From the NCBI GenBank assembly GCA_965261085.1, contig OZ253442.1, positions 3,840,001-3,904,000 of the forward strand: a DNA stretch of 64,000 nt. The letters run 5' to 3'. The DNA comes from a bacterium (GTDB taxonomy: Bacteria; UBA8248). The notes under the pieces were generated by a model, which saw only the letters and a program-made list of their open reading frames with translations, made no database searches and was not told where the DNA came from. Both the position numbers and the translations under genes were made by a program. Below, one piece after another: positions 60,763 to 64,000 of the stretch (the first letter of the stretch is position 1; the number at the start of each line of letters is the position of its first letter).

Positions 60763-61398
60763 ATGGCGGACGCGAGCCGCATTACGGCGATACTGCTCGC
60801 CGCAGGCCTCTCGAAACGCCTGGGGCGGAACAAACTTCTCCTGCCCTTGGGGGATGAGACCGTCATCCGCAAGACGGCGAAAGCGGTGCTCGCCGGCGCG
60901 GTTTCAGAGGTCATCCTCGTGACGGGTCATGAGGAGGCGATGATAAAAGAAGCCGTCAGGGGCCTGAACGTGCGCCTCAAGCACAATCCCCGCTACGCCC
61001 AAGGACAGAGCACGAGCATGGTCGCAGGGGTCGAGGCGGCGCATGAGGCCGCCGACGCCTACTTGTTCGTCCTGGGCGATCAGCCCCTGCTGACGCCCCG
61101 AATCGTGAACGACATGATTTCCCTGTATGAGGCGTCCCGGCCCGAGGCTCTCGTTGCGGCGCCGGCATTCGAGGGCAGGCGCGGAAACCCCACGCTGTTT
61201 TCCGCCTCGCTCAAAGACGAACTGCTTCAGGCGAGCGGGGATGCGGGCGGCCGGGGAATCATCCAGAGACTGGAAAAGGAATCTCCTGAGAAGATCGTTT
61301 TTCACCACCTGCCCAATGATGATATCTTTCTCGACATCGACACGGAAGAAGATTACGAATTCATGCTTCGTAAATTCCCGGAAACCTCATACGAGTAG
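60763..61398 (+). CDS. mocA: Molybdenum cofactor cytidylyltransferase (MocA-like NTP transferase)
   Basis: LLAAGLSKRLGRNKLLL, NPRYAQGQSTS, LGDQP, GNP, GDAGGR and DIDTEEDY motifs. Confidence 0.8.
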   Translation: MADASRITAILLAAGLSKRLGRNKLLLPLGDETVIRKTAKAVLAGAVSEVILVTGHEEAMIKEAVRGLNVRLKHNPRYAQGQSTSMVAGVEAAHEAADAYLFVLGDQPLLTPRIVNDMISLYEASRPEALVAAPAFEGRRGNPTLFSASLKDELLQASGDAGGRGIIQRLEKESPEKIVFHHLPNDDIFLDIDTEEDYEFMLRKFPETSYE

Positions 61399-61413
61399 CG
61401 AAGGAGTATATTC

Positions 61414-62556
61414 ATGGTGAAAGCGTTTGAAATCGCATCCGGCCCCCGCGTTCGCTTCGGCCGCGGAGAGGTCGCCCACATTGGAGAGGAAGCGAAGGGC
61501 CTGGGGATGGCGAAACCGATGTTCGTCACCGATCCGGGACTCGCATCGAGCGGGGCGCTCGACTCGGTCATCAAGGGGCTCGAAGACGCGTCGCTCGACT
61601 ATCAGTTCTACGATCAGGCCGAGGCGAACCCCTCTGACACCAGCATCATCGCGGCCCGCGATTTTTTCAATCAGCACGGGTGCGACGGCTTCATCGCCGC
61701 GGGCGGGGGCAGCACGATGGACACCGCCAAGGCGACCCTCGCCATCACCGCGAACGGAGGCGTGCCGAGCGACTACTACGGTCGAGGTAAGGCCACGAAG
61801 CCCGGCCCGCCGCTCATCACCGTTCCCACCACGGCAGGCACGGGCAGCGAGGTCACCATGAGCTCCATCGTCACGGACAAGAAGCTCATGATCAAAACGG
61901 TCATGGCCGACGACTCGCTCTTCGCGAGACTCGCCATCGTCGACTCGGCGCTCCTGGCCAAACTTCCCTCCCACATCGCGGCGGGCACGATGATGGACGC
62001 CCTGACGCACGCGATAGAATCGATCGGCTCGCCCAGCTCCAACCCCTGGACGGAAGCCCTCGCGTTTCAGTCGATCACCTATATCGGCAAACACGGCAGG
62101 GCCTACGTGGACGACCCATCGGACCCGGAGGCGGCCGACGCCATCTCCCTGTCGGCCATGCTCGCGGGACGCGCGTTCACCAACACGGGCCTCGGCATCG
62201 TGCACTCGCTCGCGCATCCGCTGGGCGCCTACCACGGGCTTCACCACGGCACGGCGAACGGCATCTTCCTGCCGCCCGTCATGGAGTTCAACCTCCCCGT
62301 CATGCGGGAGACCTACGCGCGCATGGCGCCGCTTCTCAAAGAAGGCGCTGCGCACACGGCCGAGGCGGCGATAGACGCCATCCGCAAGCTCAACACGGAC
62401 ATCGGCATTCCGGCCAGCTTGAGAGAGGCGGACGTCGTGAACGAGGACCTCGACGTCCTGGCCAAGGACGCGGCGGAAAGCCACCAGGTCAACACGAACC
62501 CGGTCCCCTCGACCCAGGAGGACCTGAAGCGCCTGCTGCTGGCCGTGATCGAGTAG
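61414..62556 (+). CDS. Iron-containing alcohol dehydrogenase
   Basis: ANP, GGGSTMDTAK, PTTAGTGSE, DALTHAIE, VHSLAH and HHG motifs. Confidence 0.93.
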   Translation: MVKAFEIASGPRVRFGRGEVAHIGEEAKGLGMAKPMFVTDPGLASSGALDSVIKGLEDASLDYQFYDQAEANPSDTSIIAARDFFNQHGCDGFIAAGGGSTMDTAKATLAITANGGVPSDYYGRGKATKPGPPLITVPTTAGTGSEVTMSSIVTDKKLMIKTVMADDSLFARLAIVDSALLAKLPSHIAAGTMMDALTHAIESIGSPSSNPWTEALAFQSITYIGKHGRAYVDDPSDPEAADAISLSAMLAGRAFTNTGLGIVHSLAHPLGAYHGLHHGTANGIFLPPVMEFNLPVMRETYARMAPLLKEGAAHTAEAAIDAIRKLNTDIGIPASLREADVVNEDLDVLAKDAAESHQVNTNPVPSTQEDLKRLLLAVIE

Positions 62557-62559
62557 ACG

Positions 62560-63081
62560 ATGCCCGCAACCGAGATACTGATAGCGCAGGAGGATATCCG
62601 GAATCGTCTCTCCGAACTCGCCGCCGAGATCAACGCGGCGCTGCCCGCCGGGCCGGTTCATATCGTCATGATACTGAAAGGCTCCGTTTTCTTCGGCGTC
62701 GACCTCGCGCGCGCCCTCATGCGCAACACCACGCTCGGCTTCCTCTCCGCCTCGAGCTACGGGGAGAGAACGCAAAGCTCGGGCCGGGTGGAAATCGACG
62801 CCAGACACTTAGGCGACATCGAGGAGCAAAACGTCCTGCTCATCGACGACATTCTGGATACGGGCCATACGTTCTCGAAAACCCTGGAACTTCTCCGGGA
62901 AAAGCGCCCCGCTTCTCTTAAGACGTGCGTTTTGATGGACAAGCCCGCGAGGAGAGAAGTCGAGGTGCAGGCGGACCACGTAGGCTTCACGATAGAAAAT
63001 CATTTCGTCGTCGGGTATGGCCTGGACTGCGGGGAGGCGTACCGCACCCTGCCGGACATTCGTATCTATGCGCCCGAATGA
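62560..63081 (+). CDS. hpt: Hypoxanthine phosphoribosyltransferase
   Basis: ILKGS, SSYG...SSG, VLLIDDILDTG and FVVGYGLD motifs. Confidence 0.95.
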   Translation: MPATEILIAQEDIRNRLSELAAEINAALPAGPVHIVMILKGSVFFGVDLARALMRNTTLGFLSASSYGERTQSSGRVEIDARHLGDIEEQNVLLIDDILDTGHTFSKTLELLREKRPASLKTCVLMDKPARREVEVQADHVGFTIENHFVVGYGLDCGEAYRTLPDIRIYAPE

Positions 63082-63131
63082 ACCTTTACAGGGGAAAACC
63101 ATGAAGCGGACGCCGAAGATCACCCCTATAT

Positions 63132-63321
63132 GGGGCTGTTGAATAAGTCCCCTTTTTAGGGGGTACAGGGGACGCCCCTCTCGACTGGAAATGCAACCCC
63201 CCTGTCCCCCCTTGTCAGGGGGGTAAAGGCGATGTCCCCCGACGAGGGGGTGGAAGAAAAGCCCCCCTGACAAGGGGGGTTGGGGGGTTACTCCCTTGAC
63301 AAAGGCTTTTTCAACAGCTCC
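63132..63321. mobile_element. 190-bp MITE, copy 2 (inverted relative to copy 1)
   Basis: Terminal inverted repeats GGGGCTGTTGAA/TTCAACAGCTCC; same internal CCCCCCTTGTCAGGGGGG hairpins; no clear target duplication. Confidence 0.85.
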
Positions 63322-63347
63322 CTCAAGGGGTCAAACGCGACCAATGC

Positions 63348-64000
63348 GGGGTTGTTGAAAAACCCCTGACTCTATGCTTGGATGTATGGATATTACGCGC
63401 CCGAGAAGGGAATATCCGCGATGTTGGGACGCAAGAACCGCGCCCAGATGGATTTGTTCATCACCGGTTCGCTGGAGAGGTTGATTCCCGAGGATCACAT
63501 ATTGGCCCGCGTGAACCGCGTTCTGGACCTGAGTTGGCTGCGCGAGGAAGTGGCGGATTGTTATTGCGCGGACAACGGCCGTCCTGGGATCGACCCCGAA
63601 GTGGCGGTTCGGTTGATGTTGGCGGGCCTTCTGCTGGGGTTCGTGCACGACCGTCGGTTGATGCGCGAGGCGCAGGTGAACATCGCGATCCGGTGGTTCA
63701 TCGGTTACGGGCTGGAGGATCGGCTGCCGGATCATTCGAGCCTGACGCGGATACGGCAGCGCTGGGGGGAGGCCCGGTTCCGGGAGATATTCCGCCGCAC
63801 GGTCCGTGCGTGCCTGGATGCGAAGGTGGCCAAGGCCGAAGTCGTGCACGTGGACGCCTCATTGATCCGCGCGGACGTGAGTTGGGAGAGTCTGGTGGAG
63901 CGTCACGTGGACGAGGTGATAGCGGAGAACCCCGTCGAGGAGGAGGCCGGGAAGAAGGGTGGAGGAGGCCGCCGTGGCGGGGGTTCCGGGAAGGTGAGCC
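63348..64000 (+). mobile_element. IS1182-family insertion sequence (left end and 5' part of transposase; runs off the window)
   Basis: Left end GGGGTTGTTGAAAAACCCC at 63348. ATG 63421 gives ...SLERLIPEDH...GRPGIDP...RWFIG...PDHSSLTRIR...VDAS (DUF772 plus first DDE Asp). Not in the ORF track. Confidence 0.88.

Noticed and set aside
58093-62808. Long antisense ORFs 58093-59334, 59544-60428 and 61387-62808
   Set aside because: They overlap well-supported genes on the opposite strand in GC-rich sequence.
63331-63849. 172-aa minus-strand ORF
   Set aside because: Antisense to the IS1182 transposase.

Overview
Chromosomal window from a diderm bacterium. Bases 1-46.4 kb are almost all housekeeping: waaF (partial), lptFG, a lipid A/outer-membrane cluster (lpxK, waaA, DUF374/LpxJ-like, lpxB, lpxI, GnnA-like oxidoreductase, lpxA, fabZ, lpxD, skp, bamA, clpC, lolD, lolC/E), lysS, frameshifted prfB, lnt, uvrC, uvrB, an HNH nuclease, PBP1A, ftsY, smc, rnc, the yceD-rpmF-plsX-fabH-fabD-acpP-fabF operon (no fabG), ppx, a gamma-carbonic anhydrase-like gene and an M23 peptidase. 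Bases 54.4-63.1 kb hold cinA and redox/salvage enzymes. Four accessory signals stand out. (1) A 7.6-kb cluster of intact phage-tail-like genes (46.6-54.2 kb) has no capsid, terminase, portal, tube or integrase, and its tape-measure gene comes last. (2) A non-coding motif with a 10-bp tandem repeat (CGCATYTGCCCGCATTTG) occurs at four loci, two of them at matching distances upstream of the tail transcription units. A 52-bp element, present as an inverted pair at 31.7 and 54.4 kb, sits beside the other two. (3) An AT-rich three-gene HicB/HicA-like islet lies between two 185-bp copies of the PBP1A promoter and 5' end. (4) Two 190-bp MITEs have ends matching an IS1182-family element at the right edge. 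Functional calls come from motif recognition by eye; no database searches were run.
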